This document shows, in pieces, positions 38,753 through 49,010 of a DNA stretch of 64,000 nt; within the stretch, counting starts at the first letter, position 1; each line of letters opens with the position of its first letter. A program made the translations under genes and the position numbers. The notes under the pieces are model-generated. The model made no database searches, had not been told where the DNA came from, and worked only from the letters and a program-made list of their open reading frames with translations. This stretch comes from an uncultured Neokomagataea sp. (GTDB taxonomy: Bacteria; Pseudomonadota; Alphaproteobacteria; Acetobacterales; Acetobacteraceae), in the NCBI GenBank assembly GCA_946476835.1, contig CAMKWA010000009.1, positions 24,017-88,016 on the forward strand, written 5' to 3'.

Positions 38753-39235
38753 TTACGAGACCTGCGGCGCTTTGTCGTCCGGGCAGACAGAGGCATCACG
38801 CTGAAGACCATCCAACTGCACATCATCCAGTGTGCTCATATGCACCTGAATTTGATCATAAATCGACACCACATTCCCTTGGGCATCATGAACACCGATC
38901 GGTACACGCCGCGCCCATCCGCTGACACGAATACGCCGGCCTAAATAACGCTCTTGCACTTGCTCCGGCGTCAAACCCGTACGCTGCACGACCGTATCAG
39001 GAATCTCAATAATCAGCGTTTTCTGATCCCGGTAATTCTTGCGGGAATCCAGGAAGACGGCCCCATTTACATGGCCTGTCCTACAAACTGCCATCGTAAA
39101 CTCCCCCACTACGCCATGAGGTTCAATACGCGCCGCAACAGCAGCTTCTTCTGCGGTTAATGACGCGGAGGCCGCCAACACGACAGAAGGTAAAAAGAAA
39201 ACACTCAGAAAGAATGCACCAGCACGAAGCACCAT
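38753..39235 (-). CDS. Hypothetical secreted protein
   Basis: Starting at ATG 39235 gives a signal peptide, MVLRAGAFFLSVFFLPSVVLAASA. I recognise no domain. Confidence 0.5.
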   Translation of the reverse strand: MVLRAGAFFLSVFFLPSVVLAASASLTAEEAAVAARIEPHGVVGEFTMAVCRTGHVNGAVFLDSRKNYRDQKTLIIEIPDTVVQRTGLTPEQVQERYLGRRIRVSGWARRVPIGVHDAQGNVVSIYDQIQVHMSTLDDVQLDGLQRDASVCPDDKAPQVS

Positions 39236-39254
39236 CACATCATTCCTCTCCAAC

Positions 39255-39288
39255 ACAAAAAAAGCGGGCCCTTTCGGAACCCGCTTTT
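39255..39288 (-). terminator. Rho-independent terminator after pstS
   Basis: The gcggg...cccgc stem is followed on the minus strand by a T7 run. Confidence 0.6.
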
Positions 39289-39316
39289 CGCACAAACACT
39301 CCAAGAAAAAGAGTGC

Positions 39317-40324
39317 TTATTGTGGCCAGTGTGCCAACACGCTCTGCTTCACAGATGCTGGCAAACCAACATATTCAAGGCGAACGTTATCGGCATCGCC
39401 ATGTTCAAAACCAAAAGTGAAGAACTTACGAACAGCCGCAGCATTATCAGCATTCGTTGGGTTCGTAGGAACCAGTACGAATGTTGCCGTCACGATTGGC
39501 CATGCACCTGCACCTGCCGTATCCAGCAAGTTCACCGCATAATTAGAAGCGCCTGTCCAATCTGCAGATTGTGCCGCTTCAACAAAACCGTTCAATGAAG
39601 GAGACACAAACTTGCCAGCATGATTGCGGATTTGCGCAATATTCAGATGGTTCTGAGCAGCATAAGAATATTCAACATACCCTATGCCACCTTCCGTCTG
39701 CTTCACCATAGCCGCAATGCCGTCATTGCCACGCGCACCTGAACCGCCTGGCCATGCGATGGACGTACCAGCACCAAGCTTTTGCTTCCACTCAGGAGAC
39801 ACTTGAGACAGGTAAGACGTGAAAACATAGCTCGTACCTGAACCATCAGCACGATGTACCGGAGCAACATCCGTATCTGGCAGATCAACGCCTGGGTTCA
39901 GCGCTTTAATACGATCATCATTCCAGGTGCTGATCTCACCATCGAACAATGCCGCAATCGTTGGACCATCGAGGTGCAGTGAACCCGGCTTTACGCCCGG
40001 TACATTAGCAACAACAACGATACCACTCATCACCGTTGGGAACTGAAACAGATGTTCCTTAGCCAAACGCTCAGCAGCCATAGGCTTATCAGACGCACCG
40101 AAATCAACGGTCCGTGCAATAACCTGATCCTGCCCAGCGCTTGAACCAACGCTCTGGTAATTGACCGTTACGCCAACTTGGCTTTTCGCAGCCTGGCCCC
40201 ATGCACCATAAATCGGCGCTGCAAAGCTGGAGCCTGCACCTGTGATGTCTGCTGCTTGTGCGGAGAATGCACCAAGCGCCGTCATAGCGGCAAAGCCCAA
40301 AAGCGCAATTTTGCTCTTAATCAT
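39317..40324 (-). CDS. pstS: Phosphate ABC transporter substrate-binding protein PstS
   Basis: A signal peptide followed by ITGAGSSFAAPIY, the typical PstS N-terminal motif. ATG 40324 is preceded by GAGGGG. Confidence 0.9.
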   Translation of the reverse strand: MIKSKIALLGFAAMTALGAFSAQAADITGAGSSFAAPIYGAWGQAAKSQVGVTVNYQSVGSSAGQDQVIARTVDFGASDKPMAAERLAKEHLFQFPTVMSGIVVVANVPGVKPGSLHLDGPTIAALFDGEISTWNDDRIKALNPGVDLPDTDVAPVHRADGSGTSYVFTSYLSQVSPEWKQKLGAGTSIAWPGGSGARGNDGIAAMVKQTEGGIGYVEYSYAAQNHLNIAQIRNHAGKFVSPSLNGFVEAAQSADWTGASNYAVNLLDTAGAGAWPIVTATFVLVPTNPTNADNAAAVRKFFTFGFEHGDADNVRLEYVGLPASVKQSVLAHWPQ

Positions 40325-40401
40325 GGGGACCCCTCGGTCGAACATTTTGAAAACGTGCATCTATCTAACCCGGCAGGGTTTTCCACAACAGATGCAGTTC
40401 C

Positions 40402-40430
40402 ATGATAGTTTCATGACAAGCTCATGAAAT
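40402..40430 (-). promoter_or_regulatory. Candidate Pho box for pstS
   Basis: The minus strand reads ATTTCAT-GAGC-TTGTCAT-GAAA-CTATCAT: three 7-bp CTGTCAT-like direct repeats at 11-bp spacing. Confidence 0.5.
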
Positions 40431-40534
40431 AGTTGTATTTCAGTCACACATAGCGATAAAGCATCAGCTTTTTGTCATTTTTAAAAATAATTTCATAGGC
40501 GAAATAACCCGGAAAAGCGGGGAAAATGCCGTTT

Positions 40535-40563
40535 TTGTAATAAAAATGTCACATACTTGCCAT
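40535..40563 (+). promoter_or_regulatory. Candidate Pho box for the porin gene
   Basis: The plus strand reads TTGTAAT-AAAA-ATGTCAC-ATAC-TTGCCAT: three repeats at 11-bp spacing, about 90 nt upstream of the ATG at 40653. Confidence 0.5.
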
Positions 40564-40652
40564 GAAACCTTCGCGGTGCGCTCTTCACGAAATCAGATAA
40601 TCCGCCGAAAGAACCCGCACCCCTACCCGATGCGAAGGAATCACACGCGGCA

Positions 40653-42338
40653 ATGACACACTCACTCCGCCGGACCAGTACGCTTCTTGCCACTTCTGCC
40701 CTAGCTCTTCTGGGCAGCCTGACGCCACGCGCTCATGCAGCTGACCAAATGGAAGTCATGGAGCGCCAAATCCGCGCCATGCAGGCACAGCTGAGCTCAA
40801 TGAAAAAAGAGCATGCTGAAGAAGTAAAACGTGCACGCGCCGTGCTGGCACATCAACGTGAAGATGCCGAAAATAACCCTTACGGCACCCGCTCCACCAT
40901 GATTGGCCAAAGCGGCAAAGGTAGCTGGGCCGTCGCACAACCAACACTGGCGCCAGCCCGCACCGCTGGAACGCCATATGGTGAAATTACCGGCACCCCG
41001 GCCGCTCATTCCAGCCTGTACGGCCCCCTTCGCCGTGGCCAAATCCAAGTTGGCGGTGTGCGCATCACACTCGGTGGCTTTGCTGAAGCCGCCGGCATTT
41101 GGCGCTCACGCAACACGGGTTCTGATATCTCCACGGGCTACAACGCCATTCCGTGGGGCAATAACTCAACCTATAACATGACAGAGTTCCACCAAACCGA
41201 ACGTCAGAGCCGCTTGGCTGCGTTGGTGGAAGGTATGATCACCCCGAAGCTTGAAGCCGATGGTTACGTCGAAACAGACTTCCAAGGCGCAGGTTCTGCC
41301 TCAAACTCCCGTCAATCTAACTCCTACGTTCTGCGCGCTCGCGTGTTCTACGGTGAGTTAAAAGACAAAGCTGATGACCTGCAAATCCTTGGTGGTCAAA
41401 GCTGGTCACTCATCACGCTCTACAACAAGGGCCTGTCAGCACGTGATGAACAAATCCCGCTCACCATCGAAGCACAATACGTTCCCGGGTTTAACTGGAC
41501 GCGTAACAGCCAAATCCGTATCGTCAAAGGCTTCGATAACAGCCGCTATCACGTTGCTCTATCGCTGGAAAATCCATCCTCCGTTCCAGCGGGCACACCA
41601 CTTCAGAGCAACGTCACATACCGCGTTACCGGCACAAACGTGAACAACCCGGACACATGGTACGCTACGGATATCGCTCCTGACGTCATCGCTAAAGTCG
41701 CGGCTGATCCAGGCTGGGGCCACTTTGAACTCACCGGCTTGCTGCGCTTCTTCCACGACCGCGTCAGCACAACCGGCGCTGGCCAAAACCAGACCACCGT
41801 TGCTGGCGGTGGCGGCGGCGGTATGATCCTGCCGATCATCGACAAGAAGCTGTACTTCCAAGCCTCTGGCTTGGCGGGCGTTGGCTTGGGCCGTTACGGT
41901 ACCTCCAACATCCCCGACTTCACATTCAGCCCAACAGGCGCTCCAAAAGCTCTGCCAGAAGCGAATGTCCTGTTCGGCATTTACGGCAACCCAACCAAAG
42001 CTCTTAAACTGTACGGTTATGCTGGCGCAGAACGCGTGACATCACGTGAAGCCTTTACATCTGGCGGTAAAGCTTACGGTTATGGCAGCCCAATGGCGAA
42101 CATGACGGGCTGCAACACCGAAATGTCCACCCTCTGCGCAGCAAGCAGCAACGTACGTACAGTTGCTCAAGCCACCGCAGGTTTTTGGTACGACTACATG
42201 AAGGGTGACTACGGTACAGTGCGTATCGGCGGTCAGTACTCTTACACCTATGTCGACTCATTCTCTGGTGTTGGCGGTCGTCCTCACACAGATGACAACA
42301 TGGTCATGATGTCTCTGCGATACATGCCGTTCAACTAA
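40653..42338 (+). CDS. Outer-membrane beta-barrel porin with N-terminal coiled coil (possibly phosphate-starvation inducible)
   Basis: It has a signal peptide, a coiled-coil stretch (MERQIRAMQAQLSSMKKEHAEE), an alternating beta-strand pattern, and an aromatic near-C-terminal motif (RYMPFN). Confidence 0.6.
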   Translation: MTHSLRRTSTLLATSALALLGSLTPRAHAADQMEVMERQIRAMQAQLSSMKKEHAEEVKRARAVLAHQREDAENNPYGTRSTMIGQSGKGSWAVAQPTLAPARTAGTPYGEITGTPAAHSSLYGPLRRGQIQVGGVRITLGGFAEAAGIWRSRNTGSDISTGYNAIPWGNNSTYNMTEFHQTERQSRLAALVEGMITPKLEADGYVETDFQGAGSASNSRQSNSYVLRARVFYGELKDKADDLQILGGQSWSLITLYNKGLSARDEQIPLTIEAQYVPGFNWTRNSQIRIVKGFDNSRYHVALSLENPSSVPAGTPLQSNVTYRVTGTNVNNPDTWYATDIAPDVIAKVAADPGWGHFELTGLLRFFHDRVSTTGAGQNQTTVAGGGGGGMILPIIDKKLYFQASGLAGVGLGRYGTSNIPDFTFSPTGAPKALPEANVLFGIYGNPTKALKLYGYAGAERVTSREAFTSGGKAYGYGSPMANMTGCNTEMSTLCAASSNVRTVAQATAGFWYDYMKGDYGTVRIGGQYSYTYVDSFSGVGGRPHTDDNMVMMSLRYMPFN

Positions 42339-42352
42339 GAACACGGCATACA

Positions 42353-42388
42353 GCCCAGCCTCTTTACAGAGAGGTTGGGCTATTTTTT
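42353..42388 (+). terminator. Rho-independent terminator after the porin gene
   Basis: cccagcctc-tttacaga-gaggttggg followed by a T-rich run. Confidence 0.75.
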
Positions 42389-42579
42389 ACAAAAAACCTG
42401 CAGCTAAACTCAATTCCATCCCAAATTTTTAAAAAGTCTTTTGCTTCTTTTCTTCCAAAAAAAGAAGTTGCCCTTCTGCTACCAATCCCCCCGCAAAAAA
42501 CCTTAATATTCCCAATGGGTTTCCCCCCATCCATCGGTCGGCTATGGACTAAGAGTAGGACTGACGGAGAGATTTCTTT

Positions 42580-43905
42580 ATGCGTATCGCTATGATCGGC
42601 GGCGGTTATGTCGGGCTCGTCTCGGGGGCATGTTTCGCCGAATTCGGTACAGATGTTACCATCGTTGAACGCGACGAAAAGAAACTCGCGGCCCTACGTG
42701 AAGGCCGTATTCCCATTTTTGAACCCGGCCTCGATACAATCGTCGCCAGCAATACCCAAGCGGGCCGCCTGACTTTTGGGAATGACCTTACCAGCGCCAT
42801 TGCTGATGCTGACGCCGTTTTCATCGCTGTTGGCACGCCAACCCGTCGTGGTGACGGCCATGCTGACCTCACCTATGTTTACGCTGCTACGCGCGAAATC
42901 GCCCTAGCAGCCCAAAAAGACCTACTAATCGTCACGAAATCGACGGTTCCTGTCGGTACTGGGCGTGAAGTCGCCCGTATTTTGAAAGAAACACGGCCAG
43001 ACCTCTCCTTTGACGTCGCTTCCAACCCAGAATTTCTCCGAGAAGGCAACGCCATCGGAGACTTCATGCGCCCCGATCGCGTTATCATCGGCATCAACCA
43101 TGATACCGACGATAAAGGCGCCCGCGCCACCGAACTGATGCGCCGTCTTTATCGTCCGCTGTCGCTCATCGAAGCCCCCATTGTCCTAACAGACTTAGAG
43201 ACAGCCGAACTCACGAAATATGCCGCTAATGCCTTCTTGGCGATGAAAGTCACCTTCATCAATGAAATGGCTGACCTTTGCGAAAAAGTCGGCGGCAATA
43301 TTCATGATGTCGCACGCGGCATGGGACTGGATCAGCGGATTGGAAAGCGATTCTTGAATCCCGGCCCAGGCTACGGCGGATCTTGTTTCCCGAAAGATAC
43401 TCGCGCCCTCAGCGCCATTGCCAAAGATGCAGGGGCCCCTGCTCAACTTGTTGACACGACGGTCCGCATTAATGAACGCCGCAAAGTGGACATGGCCGAA
43501 CGGATCATTGCCCGTTCTGGTGGTTCCGTCCGAGGCAAAACCATTGCTGTTCTTGGCCTCACCTTCAAACCTGATACCGATGACATGCGTGAGGCCGCCT
43601 CACTGCCCATCATCCAAACGCTGCATGAACAAGGCGCAACCTTGCGTGTCTTTGACCCCGAGGGCATGACAGCCGCCAAACCACTCCTGCCAGCAGAACT
43701 GCATTATTGCACCGACGCGCTTGATGCCGCTCAGGGAGCCGATGCGCTAGTGATCTTAACCGAATGGAATATGTTCCGGGCCCTAGACCCGGAACGCTTA
43801 AAAGACACCATGCATGGACGCGTGATTGTTGACCTTCGCAACATCTGGAGCGCCCGTATCATGCGGGATGCTGGGTTCGATTACAGCTCAGTCGGCCGCC
43901 CGTGA
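42580..43905 (+). CDS. ugd: UDP-glucose 6-dehydrogenase
   Basis: MRIAMIGGGYVGLVSGACFAEFG Rossmann N-terminus and the GGSCFPKD catalytic motif. Confidence 0.92.
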   Translation: MRIAMIGGGYVGLVSGACFAEFGTDVTIVERDEKKLAALREGRIPIFEPGLDTIVASNTQAGRLTFGNDLTSAIADADAVFIAVGTPTRRGDGHADLTYVYAATREIALAAQKDLLIVTKSTVPVGTGREVARILKETRPDLSFDVASNPEFLREGNAIGDFMRPDRVIIGINHDTDDKGARATELMRRLYRPLSLIEAPIVLTDLETAELTKYAANAFLAMKVTFINEMADLCEKVGGNIHDVARGMGLDQRIGKRFLNPGPGYGGSCFPKDTRALSAIAKDAGAPAQLVDTTVRINERRKVDMAERIIARSGGSVRGKTIAVLGLTFKPDTDDMREAASLPIIQTLHEQGATLRVFDPEGMTAAKPLLPAELHYCTDALDAAQGADALVILTEWNMFRALDPERLKDTMHGRVIVDLRNIWSARIMRDAGFDYSSVGRP

Positions 43906-45338
43906 ACATGATCCGTGCCGGTATTCGGGCTATGCGCCCGAAGCCGGCCGGAATGCCGCGCACGGTCAACAGGAGCAAACGTACCATTCCGCAGCCGAGC
44001 CTCTAACTCCTCAAGAGAATACCCCTTGGTTTCGGGCACATAACGCAGCACAAACCACACAGCGAACGCATTCACCGCCGCATACAGCCAGAACGTCATA
44101 TCTGCCCCGAGCTCACGCACGAGGGTCAACGTCGTTAATGAAATCAACAAATCAGCACCCCAATGGCTTCCCGCCACTAAGCTCATGCCCTTGCTCCGGC
44201 ACGACAGCGGGTAAACCTCCGCCCCCACAAGCCAAATCGCTACCGACAAGCTGCCTGTATTAAACACCGTATAGCCCATGAGCGACAGCACCATGACCCA
44301 TGCGCCCCAGCCATGCGTCAAATGCAGCGAGAACATCAGCCCCAACACCACAAGCGAAACAGCAGCACCCGGTAGCATACGCAGAATCAACGTCCGGCGC
44401 CCCCAACGGTCCACGGCCCAACCACCGAAAAAAGTGGCCCCAACCATTGCCAAACCAACCGCAACGGACGTCAAAAGTGCAGTCGACTCACCAAAGCCTG
44501 CACCGGCAAAAATGGTTGGTGCATAATACATAATCGCATTAATGCCCGTGAGTTGACATAAAAGCGCGATCCCAACCGAAGCAACCAAAGCCGGACGCAC
44601 CCATGGCTTCTTGAGCTCAGACCACGGTGCCTGCTTCTCTTGGTGGGAAACAATATCATGCAGTTCGTCATGCGCGATCTCTGATGAACTGCGCACACGC
44701 AGCAAGACCTCTAACGCTTCATCATGCCGCCCCTGCATCGCAAGCCAGCGCGGGCTATTGGGCAGAAAAGCCATCCCAACAAACAATACAACGGCTGGCA
44801 ACATCCCAATGCCAAACATCCAACGCCAGCTTGCATGTTGCAGCGCATATCCCGTTAAAAACGAAAAGGTTACGCCCATCACCACAGCAAGCTGGAACGC
44901 TACCACCAAGCGCCCACGCCGATGCGCGGGTGAAATCTCCGCAATATAAATCGGCACGATTTGAGAGGCTGCGCCAATCGCCAAACCGAGTACAAGGCGC
45001 GAAAAAGACAAAACCTGCACACTTGTTGCCGCAGCGGCACCAATCGTTCCCACGATAAAAAGCGCCGCTGCTAGCATGATTGTTTTGCGCCGACCGAACC
45101 GATCCGAGATAGGGCCAGCCCCGAGACAACCGACTAATGCACCGAGAATAATCGTCGATGTCACAATCTCTGCGCCAAGCGTGCTGAGATGAAATTGCGC
45201 CCGTATTTGCAGCAAAGCAGAGGAAATGATGCCGGTATCATACCCAAACAACAAACCGCCTGTCGCCGAAATGGTCGCAATAAACGTACTGAGCGAATCC
45301 CCGCTTAACTTCCGGGAGATATCGAGTGTTTTTGTCAT
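43881..45338 (-). CDS. MFS sugar porter family transporter
   Basis: GGLLFGYDTGIIS, PISDRFGRRKT and PETKG motifs. ATG 45338 is preceded by GGAGGG. The 3' end overlaps the ugd 3' end by 25 nt. Confidence 0.85.
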   Translation of the reverse strand: MTKTLDISRKLSGDSLSTFIATISATGGLLFGYDTGIISSALLQIRAQFHLSTLGAEIVTSTIILGALVGCLGAGPISDRFGRRKTIMLAAALFIVGTIGAAAATSVQVLSFSRLVLGLAIGAASQIVPIYIAEISPAHRRGRLVVAFQLAVVMGVTFSFLTGYALQHASWRWMFGIGMLPAVVLFVGMAFLPNSPRWLAMQGRHDEALEVLLRVRSSSEIAHDELHDIVSHQEKQAPWSELKKPWVRPALVASVGIALLCQLTGINAIMYYAPTIFAGAGFGESTALLTSVAVGLAMVGATFFGGWAVDRWGRRTLILRMLPGAAVSLVVLGLMFSLHLTHGWGAWVMVLSLMGYTVFNTGSLSVAIWLVGAEVYPLSCRSKGMSLVAGSHWGADLLISLTTLTLVRELGADMTFWLYAAVNAFAVWFVLRYVPETKGYSLEELEARLRNGTFAPVDRARHSGRLRAHSPNTGTDHVHGRPTEL

Positions 45339-45539
45339 GTTTGAACCCTCCGCCGAGTGGCGAATCACTGTCTATGATGACATCTTTAGCGCTACAGATA
45401 CAGAAATCACCTCACATTTTCGCGCGTAACGTCACCAAAAGACGCCTCCAACCTTTCCCTCTGCCCTGCACTATGATGCACTAGCCCCGCGAACCCATTG
45501 GTGCTGATGTACCTGTAAGAGACAAAAGGACACGCACGC

Positions 45540-46796
45540 ATGCTCCGCATTTTGCAGCGGTCTCCCTGCAAACAACGCCATACACCACAGCAATTTTTGC
45601 TTTTTAAACAACGAGATTATGCCCTTTGGGCAGCTGGGACATTCGTGTCCAATATTGGCACATGGGTCCAGCGTACGGGGCAAGACTGGCTGGCACTCAC
45701 GGAATTGCCCCATCACAGCGCATCCCTTTTGGGAACGGTGATCGCCCTTCAATTTGTCTCACCCATCCTCTTTCTGCCATGGACCGGTACTTTGGCGGAC
45801 CGTTATGACAGACGGCGCCTTCTGATCATTACCCAAAGCATGATGGCAGTGCTTGCACTGTGCATTGGCGTCCTCACCATCACCCACCATATTGATCGTT
45901 GGGGTTTATACGCCCTCACCTTTCTCTTCGGCACCGCAGCATCATTTGATGCCCCTGTGCGCCAAGTCTTTATCGGAGACCTCGTCGGCGATACGGCCTT
46001 ACCTGCAGCAGTATCTTTTAACTCTATTTCCTTTAATGCGGCCCGCTTTATAGGCCCAGCCGTCGGCGGTGCCATCATCAGCGCCACCAGCACAGGCTGG
46101 ACCTTTCTCATCAATGGCGCTTCGTTTTTTGCGGTCTTAGGTTCGCTATTTTTACTACGGGCAAAACGCAATACCATCCGTTCAGCAATCCAAAACCAAC
46201 GTTTTTTAGATGGCCTACACTACGCATGGCGCAAAAACGAACTGCGCTCCACGCTTATTATGCTCGCACTGATCGGTACTTTTGCGCTGAACATGTCGCT
46301 CTTTGTTGCCACCATGGCCGTTCATGTCTTTCACGCCAGTGCAGGGCGTTATGGCCTACTGTCATCCATCATGGCGGTTGGCTCCGTCATTGGAGCGGCC
46401 CTGAGCGGTTTTAACCAAAAAGACCGTTACCGCAGCCTTCTACTTTCCGCAGGGTTGCTCGGCCTGAGCTGTACTGCTGCCGCACTTGCTCCCACTTACT
46501 GGCTGTTTGGCCTCACCATTATCAGCATCGGCATTGCCGCCTTACTCTTCACCAACACCTCAAATACGCTCATGCAACTTGCGACAGAGCCTGCTTATCG
46601 TGGCCGCGTCATCGCGCTGCGCATCGGAGTTGTACTCGGAGGAACGCCCATCGGTGCACCAATCGCCGGATGGGTAGCAGACACATTCGGGCCACGATGG
46701 GCCATTACGTTGGGAGCTCTCTCCTGCTACCTCGCGCTCACTGTAGGCGTCATGATGAAAAAAAATATCGAGACCAGCCCGCAATCTGGCAAATAA
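45540..46796 (+). CDS. MFS transporter (MFS_3/EntS-like)
   Basis: A 12-TM pattern with FRQRDYALWAAG-type N-terminus, WVQRTGQDWLAL and LADRYDRRRLL. Confidence 0.7.
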   Translation: MLRILQRSPCKQRHTPQQFLLFKQRDYALWAAGTFVSNIGTWVQRTGQDWLALTELPHHSASLLGTVIALQFVSPILFLPWTGTLADRYDRRRLLIITQSMMAVLALCIGVLTITHHIDRWGLYALTFLFGTAASFDAPVRQVFIGDLVGDTALPAAVSFNSISFNAARFIGPAVGGAIISATSTGWTFLINGASFFAVLGSLFLLRAKRNTIRSAIQNQRFLDGLHYAWRKNELRSTLIMLALIGTFALNMSLFVATMAVHVFHASAGRYGLLSSIMAVGSVIGAALSGFNQKDRYRSLLLSAGLLGLSCTAAALAPTYWLFGLTIISIGIAALLFTNTSNTLMQLATEPAYRGRVIALRIGVVLGGTPIGAPIAGWVADTFGPRWAITLGALSCYLALTVGVMMKKNIETSPQSGK

Positions 46797-46816
46797 AACC
46801 GCGTATCTTTCTATAG

Positions 46817-47089
46817 AAAAAAGTAGAGAAAAAATTTATATCAATATCAAACTATTCTCTACAAACTTCAACTTTTGCACCCGATCAGATAGTCCCTAAA
46901 CGACGAAATATTATTCATAACATTACTAAAATTTGGTCCAATCAGGTTTCAATTGACCGTGTTTCTAATAACGAATCTGCGTATCTTCACGATAATAAAG
47001 AAACACACAATGACGGTGCAAAAGACGGTTTTCATGCTCAACTTGTCATACATGACCCTGAAAGTTTTGCCGCTGATCTCCTCCGATAG
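46817..47089 (+). pseudogene. Startless 90-codon open frame in AT-rich spacer (possible gene remnant)
   Basis: The frame is stop-free from 46817 to the TAG at 47087-47089 and has no ATG, GTG or TTG. It reads ...ITKIWSNQVSIDRVSNNESAYLHDNKETHNDGAKDGFHAQLVIHDPESFAADLLR. Confidence 0.25.
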
Positions 47090-47162
47090 TTAAAATAACC
47101 ACCTTCCCCCACCATTGCAGGCGCTTTTCCCTATAAGTTGCATATGGCGAAGAATTTCTCAT

Positions 47163-48413
47163 ATGCTGCTCACTCAAACGAGCAACTGGAAAGATTCAAT
47201 GCATAATGTTGCCGCTCTGATCGCTGATGCCGCTTTATTTGTTCTACTGCCATGGATTTTATGGCGAGGAACAAAGCGCGCATTACCGATTGCGGTCTTA
47301 CCTATATTGGTCGGAATACTCATGGCCGTCTGGCATGTGCCAGTAAAAACACTCGGTATTCCATCGACCTATGGAAATGATATCGGATGGGTCGCCGTCC
47401 TTGTTCTCGCCTTCACGGCGGGACTAGAAATGTGGCAACAACCCGCCGGTACACTTGCCAGCGATGAACTCCCTGCCCCCACTTTTGGGCGCTTGGTTGG
47501 CGGTGCATTTGTCGCCTTAGGTGGCCCCTTCATCATTGGTTCAATTTTTGCGCTGACCTACCTGCTGCCCTTGCCCGGCTGGCACCCACCACACGCAACA
47601 CCTCTCATTGCTGCCGCATCCATTGGCTTATGTATTGCTGTCAGCGCCTTACCCGTTCTGATCGGTGTGGTCCGTGAATTAAAACCAGCCCAAAAACCCC
47701 TAGGCCAATTAGCACTCAAGCTCGCTGTCATTGATGATGCAACGTTATGGATTGGCCTTGCCGTGCTACAATTTGCAGCACGCGGCAGTGCAGCCCTCCA
47801 TGGCTGGACTGGCCTTGAAGGTTTAGCCGTCCTCTTGCTCATTGCCTTGGCAGCCGGTGGCAACTGGGCCTCACGTCATCTCCGCAACCCACCATCATGG
47901 CTCATCTGGGTGACTGTTCCCGTGTATCTTGCCGCAGGATCATGGGCGAGTATGCAGCTGGGACTTCATGAACTAATCGGCGCGTATTTTGCCGGTGCAA
48001 TTATGCCGCCTTCATGGGCACGCCGCCTGCCAATCGCACAGGTTGGCACTTTCTCCTTGATTTGGCTGGCGCCAATGTTCTTCGGTCATAGTGGCCTGAA
48101 GATTGATGGTGACGCCCTAACATGGCCATCCGTCGTTGCATCTCTGGCATTAGTCGCGGTTTCGATCATCACAAAAATTGCTGCTGTCTGCCTTTTCCCT
48201 CCCACCAAAGGCCTGACGCTGCGTCAGTCTTTAAGCGTAGGAACACTCTTACAATGTAAGGGGCTAATGGAAATTGTGGCGGCAACCATTTTGCACGCTC
48301 AAGGTATGTTGTCAGAATTTGCCTTCGCATCACTGATGATCTTGGCTGTAATTTCCACCACACTCACTGGCCCACTTTTCAGGCTGGTCGCCCCCCGTAA
48401 GAAATCAGCATAA
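47163..48413 (+). CDS. Cation:proton antiporter (CPA/Kef-type) family membrane protein
   Basis: Polytopic membrane protein with a Na+/H+ exchanger-like helix pattern. The start is uncertain (TTG 47115, ATG 47163 or ATG 47199). Confidence 0.55.
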   Translation: MLLTQTSNWKDSMHNVAALIADAALFVLLPWILWRGTKRALPIAVLPILVGILMAVWHVPVKTLGIPSTYGNDIGWVAVLVLAFTAGLEMWQQPAGTLASDELPAPTFGRLVGGAFVALGGPFIIGSIFALTYLLPLPGWHPPHATPLIAAASIGLCIAVSALPVLIGVVRELKPAQKPLGQLALKLAVIDDATLWIGLAVLQFAARGSAALHGWTGLEGLAVLLLIALAAGGNWASRHLRNPPSWLIWVTVPVYLAAGSWASMQLGLHELIGAYFAGAIMPPSWARRLPIAQVGTFSLIWLAPMFFGHSGLKIDGDALTWPSVVASLALVAVSIITKIAAVCLFPPTKGLTLRQSLSVGTLLQCKGLMEIVAATILHAQGMLSEFAFASLMILAVISTTLTGPLFRLVAPRKKSA

Positions 48414-48470
48414 TCCTGCTATTGTGGAGCAGGTCATTCGTACCTGCTCCACACACGACCTTGCTCGCAA

Positions 48471-49010
48471 TCAGCCATCCAAAGACTGATGATAAATACC
48501 CGCTTTCATATTCCGTTCTTGTTCTGGAATACCCGGCACACCTGACATCCGCCGCATATCATCCGTCAGCACCGACCGATCATAAGGCTCTTGAGACATT
48601 TCCATCTCCGCCGTCGGATCTTTCGGCACCTTTCCCAATGACTGAGTGCCGTAAATTTGTGAGTGCCCAGTAAAAACCAAATAACGATCCAACGTCACAG
48701 CACTGATCCAACGTGCAGGCTTATATCCCAACATGAGCGCGGTTACGGCAAGACAATGCGCCCGCAAATAATCTTCTGGCTTGTGCCCATGCTGTTCAAT
48801 AAAGGCCGCGTTATAATAATCACGTCCCGTTTTCAACGCACCTGCTTTCAAGAGCTCCGTCAGCCTAACACGGCGTTGCTCATCTTGAACATTCAGCACC
48901 TTCCAATTGATATCATCCGCATTGCGTGCAGCTTGATCGTCATCAAACATTTTCTGAAGAACATTATTATCGGCCGCATAAACCGCCTGATAGGGCAGCG
49001 CACACATCAA
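48471..49010 (-). CDS. Hypothetical periplasmic protein with apparent frameshift in its signal peptide
   Basis: As annotated, the ORF begins mid-signal-peptide (..MCALPYQAVYA|ADNN). An SD-preceded ATGATGATG lies at 49036-49044 in another frame (see finding). Confidence 0.55.
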   Translation of the reverse strand: MMCALPYQAVYAADNNVLQKMFDDDQAARNADDINWKVLNVQDEQRRVRLTELLKAGALKTGRDYYNAAFIEQHGHKPEDYLRAHCLAVTALMLGYKPARWISAVTLDRYLVFTGHSQIYGTQSLGKVPKDPTAEMEMSQEPYDRSVLTDDMRRMSGVPGIPEQERNMKAGIYHQSLDG

